Assembly (NCBI GenBank): GCA_947589255.1 | Contig: CANQAL010000001.1 | Location: forward strand, 6,603 to 70,602 | Direction: 5' to 3' | Length of the DNA: 64,000 nt | Source: Candidatus Gastranaerophilales bacterium | Lineage (GTDB): Bacteria > Cyanobacteriota > Vampirovibrionia > Gastranaerophilales > Gastranaerophilaceae | The notes under the pieces: generated by a model | Told to the model about the DNA's origin: nothing | Databases searched by the model: none | What the model saw: the letters and a program-made list of their open reading frames with translations, nothing else | Shown: positions 47,062 to 55,358 of the stretch, in pieces | How the letters are laid out: the number at the start of each line of letters is the position of its first letter | Position numbering within the stretch: position 1 is the stretch's first letter | Translations under genes and position numbers: made by a program

Positions 47062-48969
47062 CTACCTTACATAATACCGATTAAAAATTTCCGTTATATT
47101 TTTTTCTTTTTGGGTCGATTTATCATTTTGAAGGATATCCGCAAACTGTTTCAGGGTTATTGCGGAAAATATTTTTCTGTCTTTTTCTTTTAATGTCATT
47201 TTATATTCGCTTATAAGAATGTCAATTATAACATCGCAGGGCAGAGATAAAAATGTATCAACAATTTTACCGTCAAAATGTTTATTTTTGCCGTCAATCA
47301 TTATTTTTAGTGCATCAGAAATAGGCATTCTGTTACGGTAATGACGAACTGATGTTATTGCATCAAATACATCGCTTACGGCAAGTATTCTTCCGCCTAA
47401 AGGAATTTCTTCTCCTTTTAACCCTCTAAAATAACCGCTTCCATCGTATTTTTCATGATGAGATGCCGCAATTTCGGTAATTTCCGTAAATGATGAATTA
47501 ATATTTGTTTTTCGCAAAATATCATAAGTAATTTTAACGTGTTCTTTTATATGTTCATATTCTTCTTTTGTAAGGGCGCCTTTTTTCTGTAAGACTGCAT
47601 CTCTTATCCCTATTTTACCAATATCGTGGAGCATTGCCGCTTTTGATATTATTTGGGTTATATCACCATTTAATCCGAGTTTTTTTGAAATTAGCTCGGA
47701 ATACAGCCTTACCCTGTTTGAATGACCAAGTGTTATTTTATCTCTTGCATCAATAGATGCAGCTAAGGTATCTATAAATCCGTCAAAGATTTCTTTTTGC
47801 TCTTTTAACATCTGCTGTTGAATGTTAAACAATAAATTATTTTCTATCGCAATACCCGCATTCGTACCTATAGCAAGTAAAATTTCTTCATCATCAGCCG
47901 TAAAGTCGCCGTCTTTTTTATTTAATACCTGAAAAGCGCCTATAATCTCAAATTTTATGTTTCTTATAGGCATACAAAGCATATTGTATGTTTTATATCC
48001 CGTATGTTTATCTATTTCCTTATTAAAACGGCTGTCATTGTAGGCATCTTTTATTCTTATTGTCTCACCCGTTTTAACGGCATAACCAGCAAAACCTTTA
48101 TCAGCGGAAAATCTTATTTCTTCGCTTTCCATTCCGAGTGCGACTTTTGACCATAATTCGTTTTTGTCTTTATCATATAAAAATACACTGCATCTGTCGG
48201 CATTTAATACTATTTTTGTTTGTTCCGCAATAGTTATAAGCAGTTTATCAAGATTTGACTCGGCATTTACCGTTCTTGCTATTTCAGAGAGTGCATTTAA
48301 CAGTGTTGTATTTTGTTTTTTATCTGATGAACTGTCTTCTTTGTTTATCTTATTTGGTATTGCACTGTTTGAACTTACAAAATTTTCATATAGTTCTTTT
48401 ATTTCTTTATATAATTTTTCGGGGATTTCTTTTGATTTTATTTGAGCTGCTTTTTCTATACATTCATATGCCATTTTCGTATTTTGAAGTTTTATATATG
48501 TTAAAGCAAGTAATTCATTTACTTTTATGTATAAAATCGGATAATCTTTCAGTTCGTTGCAGCAGTATGTAAGATAAAATAAAGCTTCATTATATTTATT
48601 TTCCATATAATAAATTTGCCCGAATGCAAATTTATTTATTGCTATAATTGATTTTTGTCCGCAGTTTTGAGCAAGAAACTTTGAATCTTCTAGCAAATAA
48701 AGTGATTTAAAATAACTTTCGGGATTAAGTATATACTTAATTAACCCCAATAAAGATAAACAAAGTGAAACATTTGGTATATCTTTTTTTGCAAGAAATA
48801 TTTTATGAGCTAAAGATAAATTTTCTTCAGCTTTTGTATATTCTTCATTTGCGTATTGATAAACAGCCTCTTTGAGGATATTAAAAACATTATTTATAAT
48901 TTCTTTTTGTTTTGTTTTCTGTTTTAAGACCATATCATTCCTTAACAAATTTATAGTTTCATTATACAA
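47062..48969 (-). CDS. TPR-like / GAF / HD-GYP-type phosphodiesterase (GYF variant)
   Basis: GAF region (DRCSVFLYD...), HD motif MLHDIGKIG, and HHEKYDGSGYFRG where GYP is expected. The start is uncertain (TTG 48969 or an internal ATG). Confidence 0.8.
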   Translation of the reverse strand: MYNETINLLRNDMVLKQKTKQKEIINNVFNILKEAVYQYANEEYTKAEENLSLAHKIFLAKKDIPNVSLCLSLLGLIKYILNPESYFKSLYLLEDSKFLAQNCGQKSIIAINKFAFGQIYYMENKYNEALFYLTYCCNELKDYPILYIKVNELLALTYIKLQNTKMAYECIEKAAQIKSKEIPEKLYKEIKELYENFVSSNSAIPNKINKEDSSSDKKQNTTLLNALSEIARTVNAESNLDKLLITIAEQTKIVLNADRCSVFLYDKDKNELWSKVALGMESEEIRFSADKGFAGYAVKTGETIRIKDAYNDSRFNKEIDKHTGYKTYNMLCMPIRNIKFEIIGAFQVLNKKDGDFTADDEEILLAIGTNAGIAIENNLLFNIQQQMLKEQKEIFDGFIDTLAASIDARDKITLGHSNRVRLYSELISKKLGLNGDITQIISKAAMLHDIGKIGIRDAVLQKKGALTKEEYEHIKEHVKITYDILRKTNINSSFTEITEIAASHHEKYDGSGYFRGLKGEEIPLGGRILAVSDVFDAITSVRHYRNRMPISDALKIMIDGKNKHFDGKIVDTFLSLPCDVIIDILISEYKMTLKEKDRKIFSAITLKQFADILQNDKSTQKEKNITEIFNRYYVR

Positions 48970-49000
48970 TATATTTTATAGTTTTGTAATATGGGCAAAA

Positions 49001-49693
49001 ATGGAAAAAGTAAGTATTATAATTCCTGTTTACAATGAAAAAGATACTCTCCTTGATTTATTAAGGATAGTTGAAAAAACAAATTTTTGCGGATTGGAAA
49101 AAGAAATTATTCTTATTGATGATGCATCAAATGATGGTTCAAGAGAAATTTTATTAAGCATTAAAGACAGATATAAAATATTTTTTCATGAGAAAAATAA
49201 AGGAAAAGGCGCTGCAATAAGAACTGCATTTAAATATTCAACGGGTGATTATGTTGTTATTCAAGATGCCGATTTAGAGTATTCTCCGTCGGATTACGAC
49301 AGTTTATTGCCGTTATTAATAAATAATGAAGCGGACGTTGTATATGGTTCAAGGTTTAAAAATGAAGAAAATCTTAAAAATTTTATGTTAAAAAACAAAT
49401 TGGCAAATATGTTTTTGACTGTTTTAACAAATATATTATACGGCTCAGCTATATCTGATATGGAAACCTGCTATAAAGCTTTTAAAAAAGATGTAATAAA
49501 AAATATAAAAATTAAATCTGACAGGTTTAATTTTGAGCCTGAAATAACTGCAAAAGTATTGAAAAAAAAGTATATCCTAAAAGAAATTCCCATAAACTAT
49601 AACGGCAGAGGTCATCAAGAAGGTAAAAAAATCGGCTGGAAAGACGGTCTGCAGGCTATTTTTACTCTTATTAAATACAGATTTACGGATTAG
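49001..49693 (+). CDS. family 2 glycosyltransferase (polyprenol-phosphate glycosyltransferase-like)
   Basis: VSIIIPVYNE, IDDASNDGS, IQDADLEY. The track ORF start at 48872 overlaps the divergent gene and is rejected. Confidence 0.8.
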   Translation: MEKVSIIIPVYNEKDTLLDLLRIVEKTNFCGLEKEIILIDDASNDGSREILLSIKDRYKIFFHEKNKGKGAAIRTAFKYSTGDYVVIQDADLEYSPSDYDSLLPLLINNEADVVYGSRFKNEENLKNFMLKNKLANMFLTVLTNILYGSAISDMETCYKAFKKDVIKNIKIKSDRFNFEPEITAKVLKKKYILKEIPINYNGRGHQEGKKIGWKDGLQAIFTLIKYRFTD

Positions 49694-49701
49694 AGGTTAA
49701 T

Positions 49702-50616
49702 TTGAAAAAATCAATTTTATTATTGTTATTATTATCATTTATCGGATTAAGTGCTTATGGCGCTAAATATAAGGTTAATACGGGCGGTAAAGTTACCTCC
49801 GAAACAGGTCAGGTGCAAAATTCTGGGAATACCGTTAAAAATGTTATCAATAACTTTCAGGCAAGCCCTTATGTCGCAAGCAGGCAGGCTAATAAAGAAG
49901 GTGTCGGTATAATTAACATCGTTATGGACTACTCGGGCAGTATGTACGACTGGATACAAGCTGCACAAATGTATATGACCGCTATTGTTCAACAGCTGCC
50001 TTCCAACACAAAAATAGGTTTTAGAGTTTTCGGGCATGACGGCGGAAATAATCCATATACACCTGTTTTGGGCAAAGTAAAAAATGTTATTCAGAAAAAA
50101 GACGGAAAATATAAGGTTCAAACCGCTAAATCGTCATATTTAGGGTCGACTTCAGGCTCTTGTTCGGCTACTAGCCAAGTTGCAAAAGTTGAAACAAGTA
50201 ATCCTTCTGCACTTTATAACGGAATGCGCTCAGTCGGTATAGGCGGTTCTACTCCGCTCACCCTTGCTCTTGAACAGGCTGTAAATAACGACTTTTTAGG
50301 AATGGATAATACTACACCAAAGAAAATAATTCTTATAACCGACGGCGGTGAAAACTGCGGGGGCGACCCTTGTGCTTTTGCCAAAAATCTTATGGCAAAA
50401 AGAAAAGATATCATTATTGATGTTGTTCTTGTGTCGTCTTATTCAAGGTCATTAACTTGTGTATCATCTTTAACGGGCGGAAAATTTTATAATCCTATTG
50501 ATGTTCCAAGCTTTATGAATGTACTGTCAGAGTCAATGCAGGAACCTGCTGATAATGTGCCTGTGCCGCAGGAAAATAAACAGCCCGATCAGCAGTACGA
50601 GTTTATTAAAGATTAA
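49702..50616 (+). CDS. secreted von Willebrand factor A domain protein
   Basis: Signal peptide, MIDAS DYSGSM, later GGSTPL and ILITDGGENCGGDP. Confidence 0.75.
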   Translation: MKKSILLLLLLSFIGLSAYGAKYKVNTGGKVTSETGQVQNSGNTVKNVINNFQASPYVASRQANKEGVGIINIVMDYSGSMYDWIQAAQMYMTAIVQQLPSNTKIGFRVFGHDGGNNPYTPVLGKVKNVIQKKDGKYKVQTAKSSYLGSTSGSCSATSQVAKVETSNPSALYNGMRSVGIGGSTPLTLALEQAVNNDFLGMDNTTPKKIILITDGGENCGGDPCAFAKNLMAKRKDIIIDVVLVSSYSRSLTCVSSLTGGKFYNPIDVPSFMNVLSESMQEPADNVPVPQENKQPDQQYEFIKD

Positions 50617-51638
50617 CTTAAATCTACTTGAAATCTTCCGCCGTATATTTGAACGGTTAAACGTAATGTTTCATTTTTGTAGCCCGAGGGCGGAGGGTTA
50701 TATGCGGGATTATTCATTACGGCTGAATACACCGCATCATTTAAACTGTCATTATCAGATTGAATAGCGAAGGCTCTATTTGTTAATTTGCCTGATGAGT
50801 TTATTTTAAATGTAATTACGCATTTTCCGTCGCCTATAACTTTTGTAAAATCAATATCTGAGGTTATTCTGTTTCTGAGTGCTATTTTGTATTGAAGTAA
50901 TTCTTTTTGCATTTCAGCCGTATTAACTTTGGGTGTTGGAGTTAATGTTTTATCAGCGGGGAGTGATTTTGAAGGATTTTGAGTTTGAGTATTTTGCTGG
51001 GGCTGCGAAGGTTTTTGCACCTGTGGCTGAGTTGTTGCAGGTTGAGGCTGAGTTTGTTTTTGTATAGGCTGTGATTGAGTTTGAGTTATCTTAGGAAGTT
51101 TAGTTTGGGTTTGTTTTGGTTTTACAGGGATTTGTGACTGCTTTTTAGGTTCTGCCTTTGCTTTCTGTTTGGCTGTAGTCTTTTGATTAGAAGCAGGTTT
51201 TGCTGTTTCTTTAGTTATTATTTCTATTTTATTTTCGGAATGAGGAATGTATATTGAATTATCTTGTTCTGTATTTATTTCTGTGCTTTGTTGTTGGGAT
51301 GCTTCATGTTTTGATATTTCAGTTTGTTCTTGTACATTTTTGGCTGTCTTTGTTTCTGTTTTTGATATATTTTTTAAATGAAAAATTCCTATAATTATCA
51401 AAAGAATACATAAACCTAATATGCAGGATAAAATTATGTATGTGTAGTCTTTTTTAGGTTCAGTCGGAATTTCAAAACGGGGTGTTGTTTCATCAGAGTT
51501 TTTTTTGATTACTTTTTTATTTGTTTCTTTTTTTGCTGAAGCAGAAATTATTCCTATTTCTTCAAAATTATTATTTCCGCATTCACAAAACGGAGGTTTA
51601 TCTTTATATTCTTTTCCGCAGTCCGTACATTTATACAT
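50613..51638 (-). CDS. zinc-ribbon / TM / Q,P,T-rich linker / TonB-TolA C-terminal-like protein
   Basis: N-terminal CTDCG...CECG, one TM, about 170 aa of low-complexity linker, and a C-terminal about 90 aa with a TonB_C-like pattern (GDGKCVITFKINSSGKLTNRAFAIQSDNDSLNDAVYSAV). Confidence 0.5.
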   Translation of the reverse strand: MYKCTDCGKEYKDKPPFCECGNNNFEEIGIISASAKKETNKKVIKKNSDETTPRFEIPTEPKKDYTYIILSCILGLCILLIIIGIFHLKNISKTETKTAKNVQEQTEISKHEASQQQSTEINTEQDNSIYIPHSENKIEIITKETAKPASNQKTTAKQKAKAEPKKQSQIPVKPKQTQTKLPKITQTQSQPIQKQTQPQPATTQPQVQKPSQPQQNTQTQNPSKSLPADKTLTPTPKVNTAEMQKELLQYKIALRNRITSDIDFTKVIGDGKCVITFKINSSGKLTNRAFAIQSDNDSLNDAVYSAVMNNPAYNPPPSGYKNETLRLTVQIYGGRFQVDLS

Positions 51639-51652
51639 ATATTGCCTTATTT

Positions 51653-52534
51653 CTAATTTGTTATTTTTTCGGTATCACTATAGTCTTGAGGAGTTGAGTA
51701 TTTTGCAGTTTTAGATATTTTCCATGCGCCTTGCGCCGTTGTTGTATATCTTTTTGAGCCTTGAGGGAAATTTAATATTTCCTTACCCTGATAGCTTCTT
51801 ATTACGGGCGCTATATATTGAATAGCATAGGGGGTATACTCCGGGGTCGTTGACCAGGTTTTTACATTGTTTATTTTACCATATTTATCAACATCAAATG
51901 AAAATTTAAATATTATCCCTTCTTGTATTGAGGGTAATTTTACATCGTTCATTATTTTATTTTGAAGGTCAGAGCGCCATTTATTCCATAAGATTACTTC
52001 TTCTTCTTCCGTTAATTCTTTTGGCTCGGTGCTTTTTTGAACTATCGTATTTTCTTTTTTAACATCAGGCAGGGTTTGTGTTTTTACTGGAGTTTGAGTT
52101 TGTTCTTGTTTTACTGCTTTTGCAGGTGTTGTTGTTTTAACTTCAGATTTTGTTTGTTTTTCAGGGATACTCATTTGTTTTTGTACGGTTGACTGTTTTT
52201 GTGATGAGGTTGTTTTTTGAGGTATTTGTTTTATTGTTGTTTGATTTTTTGTAACCGGATTGATTGTATTTTTTACCTGTTCTGATTTAGTTGTTATTTC
52301 AGGTTCATCTTTTATGGTTTTTATTTTTTGTTCATACCTGTTTTGGGTTTGGACTGTATTTACCTGAGTGGGAATATTTTGGGTTTCTTCTTTTTTTGTT
52401 TGTTCTTGCTCAGTTATTTCAAAATCGGAATTATAAACAAATAATTTTTTATGCATATCAGGCTGTTTAACCCCGATAACCAGTGTTAATATTACTAATA
52501 TTATAATTACTGTAGTTAAAAAAATCCTTTGCAA
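51653..52534 (-). CDS. TM / T,Q,K-rich linker / TonB-TolA C-terminal-like protein
   Basis: N-terminal TM, low-complexity linker, and a C-terminal domain (EGIIFKFSFDVDKYGKINNVKTW...) read as TonB_C-like by pattern only. Confidence 0.42.
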   Translation of the reverse strand: MQRIFLTTVIIILVILTLVIGVKQPDMHKKLFVYNSDFEITEQEQTKKEETQNIPTQVNTVQTQNRYEQKIKTIKDEPEITTKSEQVKNTINPVTKNQTTIKQIPQKTTSSQKQSTVQKQMSIPEKQTKSEVKTTTPAKAVKQEQTQTPVKTQTLPDVKKENTIVQKSTEPKELTEEEEVILWNKWRSDLQNKIMNDVKLPSIQEGIIFKFSFDVDKYGKINNVKTWSTTPEYTPYAIQYIAPVIRSYQGKEILNFPQGSKRYTTTAQGAWKISKTAKYSTPQDYSDTEKITN

Positions 52535-52536
52535 AA

Positions 52537-54132
52537 TTATCTTTCCATCTTAGCTAGTAATTCATTGCCCGTATCAATTTGAAATTTTGTTTTACTAAGC
52601 ATAAAAGTTTCTGCTATAAGTAATGCTGTCGGAACTAATGCACCTAAAAAACTTATTAAAATTCCCGTAAAATCTTCGCCCATTTCCTGCATAAAATATG
52701 ATACATTCATTGTAAATTCAATAAATATAATACATAGACCTATGATAAAAGAACGACGTAAATCCATATTGAGCTGTTTTATTCCCTGTAAACCGTATAT
52801 TCTTACTCCATGGGTCATGTAATCGCTAAATCCGTCATTTTTTATAACATTTGATGATTGAATTTTTCTGTTGCATAAAAACGCATTTACAAATATAAAA
52901 AATGCAAAAATTATCATAAATGAAGCAAGAGATAAAAACACGGGACTGAACTTTAATGTGGATATCCTTATCCAGCCTGCAGCTTCGGGGAAACACATTG
53001 CAAGTGTATTAGATACTCCGTATGCCAGAAAGGGAGCAGTTAATATTCCTAAAAATATTTCAAATCCTGATTTTACCTGCAAATTAAATAAAGTATCTTT
53101 TAAATTATTTATGTGTGCTTTACTTAGAGTATTTATATATCTTTCTATCCATTGACGGTATTCTCTTATGACCAGTTCAAAGTCTTCTCTATACTCGTAT
53201 TTATTGAGTTCTTTGGATAATTCAACATTATTAAACTTATAATATCCGCATCCTATGCCTATTATTACGCAAATAAGAGTGAAAAATAACGATAGAAATA
53301 CCGCAAAAAACGGCATCGTTTTCGGGCTTACATAGTATAAAAGATTTATAATATAAACTCCCGAGTAAAATAATACGGAAAAAACAAGCATAAGTTTTTC
53401 TCCGATATATGCACTTATCGGGGCTTGTGAGGTTCTGTTTTGAAGCATTAAAAATATTCCCTGCTTAAATACAAGCCCTATTGCATATATAAGAAGAGAA
53501 AATACAACTATAAGCTTAATATTGACAGGCATTTGAAGAATATTTCCCGCTTCTTTTATCGGCAGTCCCGCAAAATAATTGGCACACCCGAATGCTAATA
53601 AGATTGAAGCCAATATCAATGCAATATGAAGCAGTATGCCTGTTTTGGAGTTCATTGATAATTTATGCGTCAGATCATTTATGTTGTAATAAACCTCTTT
53701 TATTATGGAAGTTCTTGCTTCTTCAATTTCTGTTTTTCGTTTTTCAAGTTTTAATTTTGCAGCAGTATTAACTTTTTCGCCGTAGAAATCTTTTAAATCT
53801 TCTTCCGTAAGCTGTTCTGAAGCAACTTTAAATCCGCCCGAGCCTTCATTTATTCTTATTTGAATAAATTCATCGGAATCTTTAACAAGCAGTCTGCAGG
53901 TTTTATCAACTTCTATAGTTTGAGGAAGAGGAGCACCTTTAAACAGAATATTTTTACAGTTAAACTGATTTAAAATTGTACATCTGTTTTTTTTAATATC
54001 GTATTTAATTGTGAGCATAAAATCAAAACCGAAATTTACGCAAAAATCGTAGCCTTCTTTAGATGAAATATTCACAAGTTCTTTATCTTTAAAGGTTTTT
54101 TCACTGTTTTTTGTGATAACGGAAAATGTCAT
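52537..54132 (-). CDS. polytopic membrane protein with soluble N-terminal beta-rich domain and coiled coil
   Basis: About 110-aa N-terminal domain (FHA-like only in overall pattern, and the GR...S.H motif is absent), a coiled coil, and about 8 TM segments. Confidence 0.4.
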   Translation of the reverse strand: MTFSVITKNSEKTFKDKELVNISSKEGYDFCVNFGFDFMLTIKYDIKKNRCTILNQFNCKNILFKGAPLPQTIEVDKTCRLLVKDSDEFIQIRINEGSGGFKVASEQLTEEDLKDFYGEKVNTAAKLKLEKRKTEIEEARTSIIKEVYYNINDLTHKLSMNSKTGILLHIALILASILLAFGCANYFAGLPIKEAGNILQMPVNIKLIVVFSLLIYAIGLVFKQGIFLMLQNRTSQAPISAYIGEKLMLVFSVLFYSGVYIINLLYYVSPKTMPFFAVFLSLFFTLICVIIGIGCGYYKFNNVELSKELNKYEYREDFELVIREYRQWIERYINTLSKAHINNLKDTLFNLQVKSGFEIFLGILTAPFLAYGVSNTLAMCFPEAAGWIRISTLKFSPVFLSLASFMIIFAFFIFVNAFLCNRKIQSSNVIKNDGFSDYMTHGVRIYGLQGIKQLNMDLRRSFIIGLCIIFIEFTMNVSYFMQEMGEDFTGILISFLGALVPTALLIAETFMLSKTKFQIDTGNELLAKMER

Positions 54133-54155
54133 TTATGTCTCCCTTACAAAAGTTA

Positions 54156-55208
54156 TTAGTAGTTAATAACAACATCAATATTATTTTGAAGAACAACTTC
54201 AACGGTAGTAAATGAGGGGATTTCGGCATCAATACCTTTATCTGCGGCAGAAGTAATAAGCGCACCGCCGCCGCCCATGCCTGCACCTATTGCAGCGCCC
54301 TGCCAAATATTTTCGGCACCGCCGCCGCCAATAAGCCCAAATAATGCGCCGACTGCAGCACCGACTAAAGCCGAGGTCGCTACTTTCTGTGCTGTTGAAC
54401 TTACTATTCCGTCATTTGATACATTAAAATCTATTTGTTTTGTTGTTATATCGTAGGTTTTACCGTCAGGTGTTACTATTTTATTAAATGTTATTCTTAC
54501 AAATCCGTTTCTCATAGCATATTGTGCGTGATGGGCTTTTATTACCTGACCGTAAAGAATACTTCCCTGAGCAGCTATTATGTGGTTATCTTTTGTTTTC
54601 CAGTCGCTGTTTAATACACCTATAATGTTATCCCCCTCATTGGCGGTTGCCGTATTGATTGCGTTTTGTAAATATACATCAAGTGTATCGCCTTTTCCGA
54701 CTTTGCCCACGTAACCTGAAAGTGTAGTAGATGGCTGTGCTTTAGGAGAATTTGTCGTAACCGTATTTGGCGATGAGGGTTTAGGTTCATCAAAGCTGTA
54801 TGTTTTCTTTTCGCCTGTCAAGGTTCTTCTTGCTATTTGTGAAAAGTTATTTATCTGAACCGCATTTTCGCTTTCAGAGTATGTATAATCTTGTTTTTTT
54901 ATATTTTTTATTATTGCTTTATTGAGTTTTTTGCTTGAGTTATTTGATTCATAATAATAAAATAAATTTTTTCCGTCCTGCTGAAATACTATTACCGCAT
55001 AATCATTAGGGTCATCAACAGGGATTGCCAAGTATGGATTTTTCTTTTGTATTTTATAATCCTTTTCCGTAATAATTCTTTCAGTCTGCGTGGATATTGA
55101 TGATTTATCCGCATTATAAATGTAATAAAGCTTACTTAATGCGAAACAGGGATTAACGGTAAAAATCATATAAATTAAAGTAACAATAAATGCAATATAT
55201 CTTTTCAT
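54156..55208 (-). CDS. secreted protein with VirB10/TrbI-like core and C-terminal glycine zipper
   Basis: Signal peptide. The core GDTLDVYLQNAINTATANEGDNIIGVL...AAQGSILYGQV...VRITFNKIVTPDGKTYDI resembles the TrbI/VirB10 barrel pattern. Glycine zipper GAAVGALFGLIGGGGAENIWQGAAIGAGMGGGGA. Confidence 0.4.
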   Translation of the reverse strand: MKRYIAFIVTLIYMIFTVNPCFALSKLYYIYNADKSSISTQTERIITEKDYKIQKKNPYLAIPVDDPNDYAVIVFQQDGKNLFYYYESNNSSKKLNKAIIKNIKKQDYTYSESENAVQINNFSQIARRTLTGEKKTYSFDEPKPSSPNTVTTNSPKAQPSTTLSGYVGKVGKGDTLDVYLQNAINTATANEGDNIIGVLNSDWKTKDNHIIAAQGSILYGQVIKAHHAQYAMRNGFVRITFNKIVTPDGKTYDITTKQIDFNVSNDGIVSSTAQKVATSALVGAAVGALFGLIGGGGAENIWQGAAIGAGMGGGGALITSAADKGIDAEIPSFTTVEVVLQNNIDVVINY

Positions 55209-55358
55209 AAAAATGCCCTTTTTTTGGAAGTTCCAACATTATTCATATTATACAATAATACAGAATTTATTCAAAAGTAAACTTAAAAATAGTATGGTTA
55301 GGGATGTTTTGACTTATTAAAAGATTTATACCTGAATTGTAAGAAATTTGGGGATAAA

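Noticed and set aside
48872-49000. A 43-aa N-terminal extension of the GT2 gene in the ORF track.
   Set aside because: It overlaps the 5' end of the divergent HD-GYP gene and is hydrophobic nonsense. The canonical GT2 start MEKVSIIIPVYNE begins at 49001.
50940-52400. Quasi-periodic DNA (TTGAGTTTGAGT-like and GTTTTTG-like runs), together with the 55644-56348 periodicity, as possible CRISPR or tandem-repeat loci.
   Set aside because: All of it lies inside long ORFs. It corresponds to Q/T/P/K-rich linkers or Pmp protein repeats. There is no repeat-spacer architecture.
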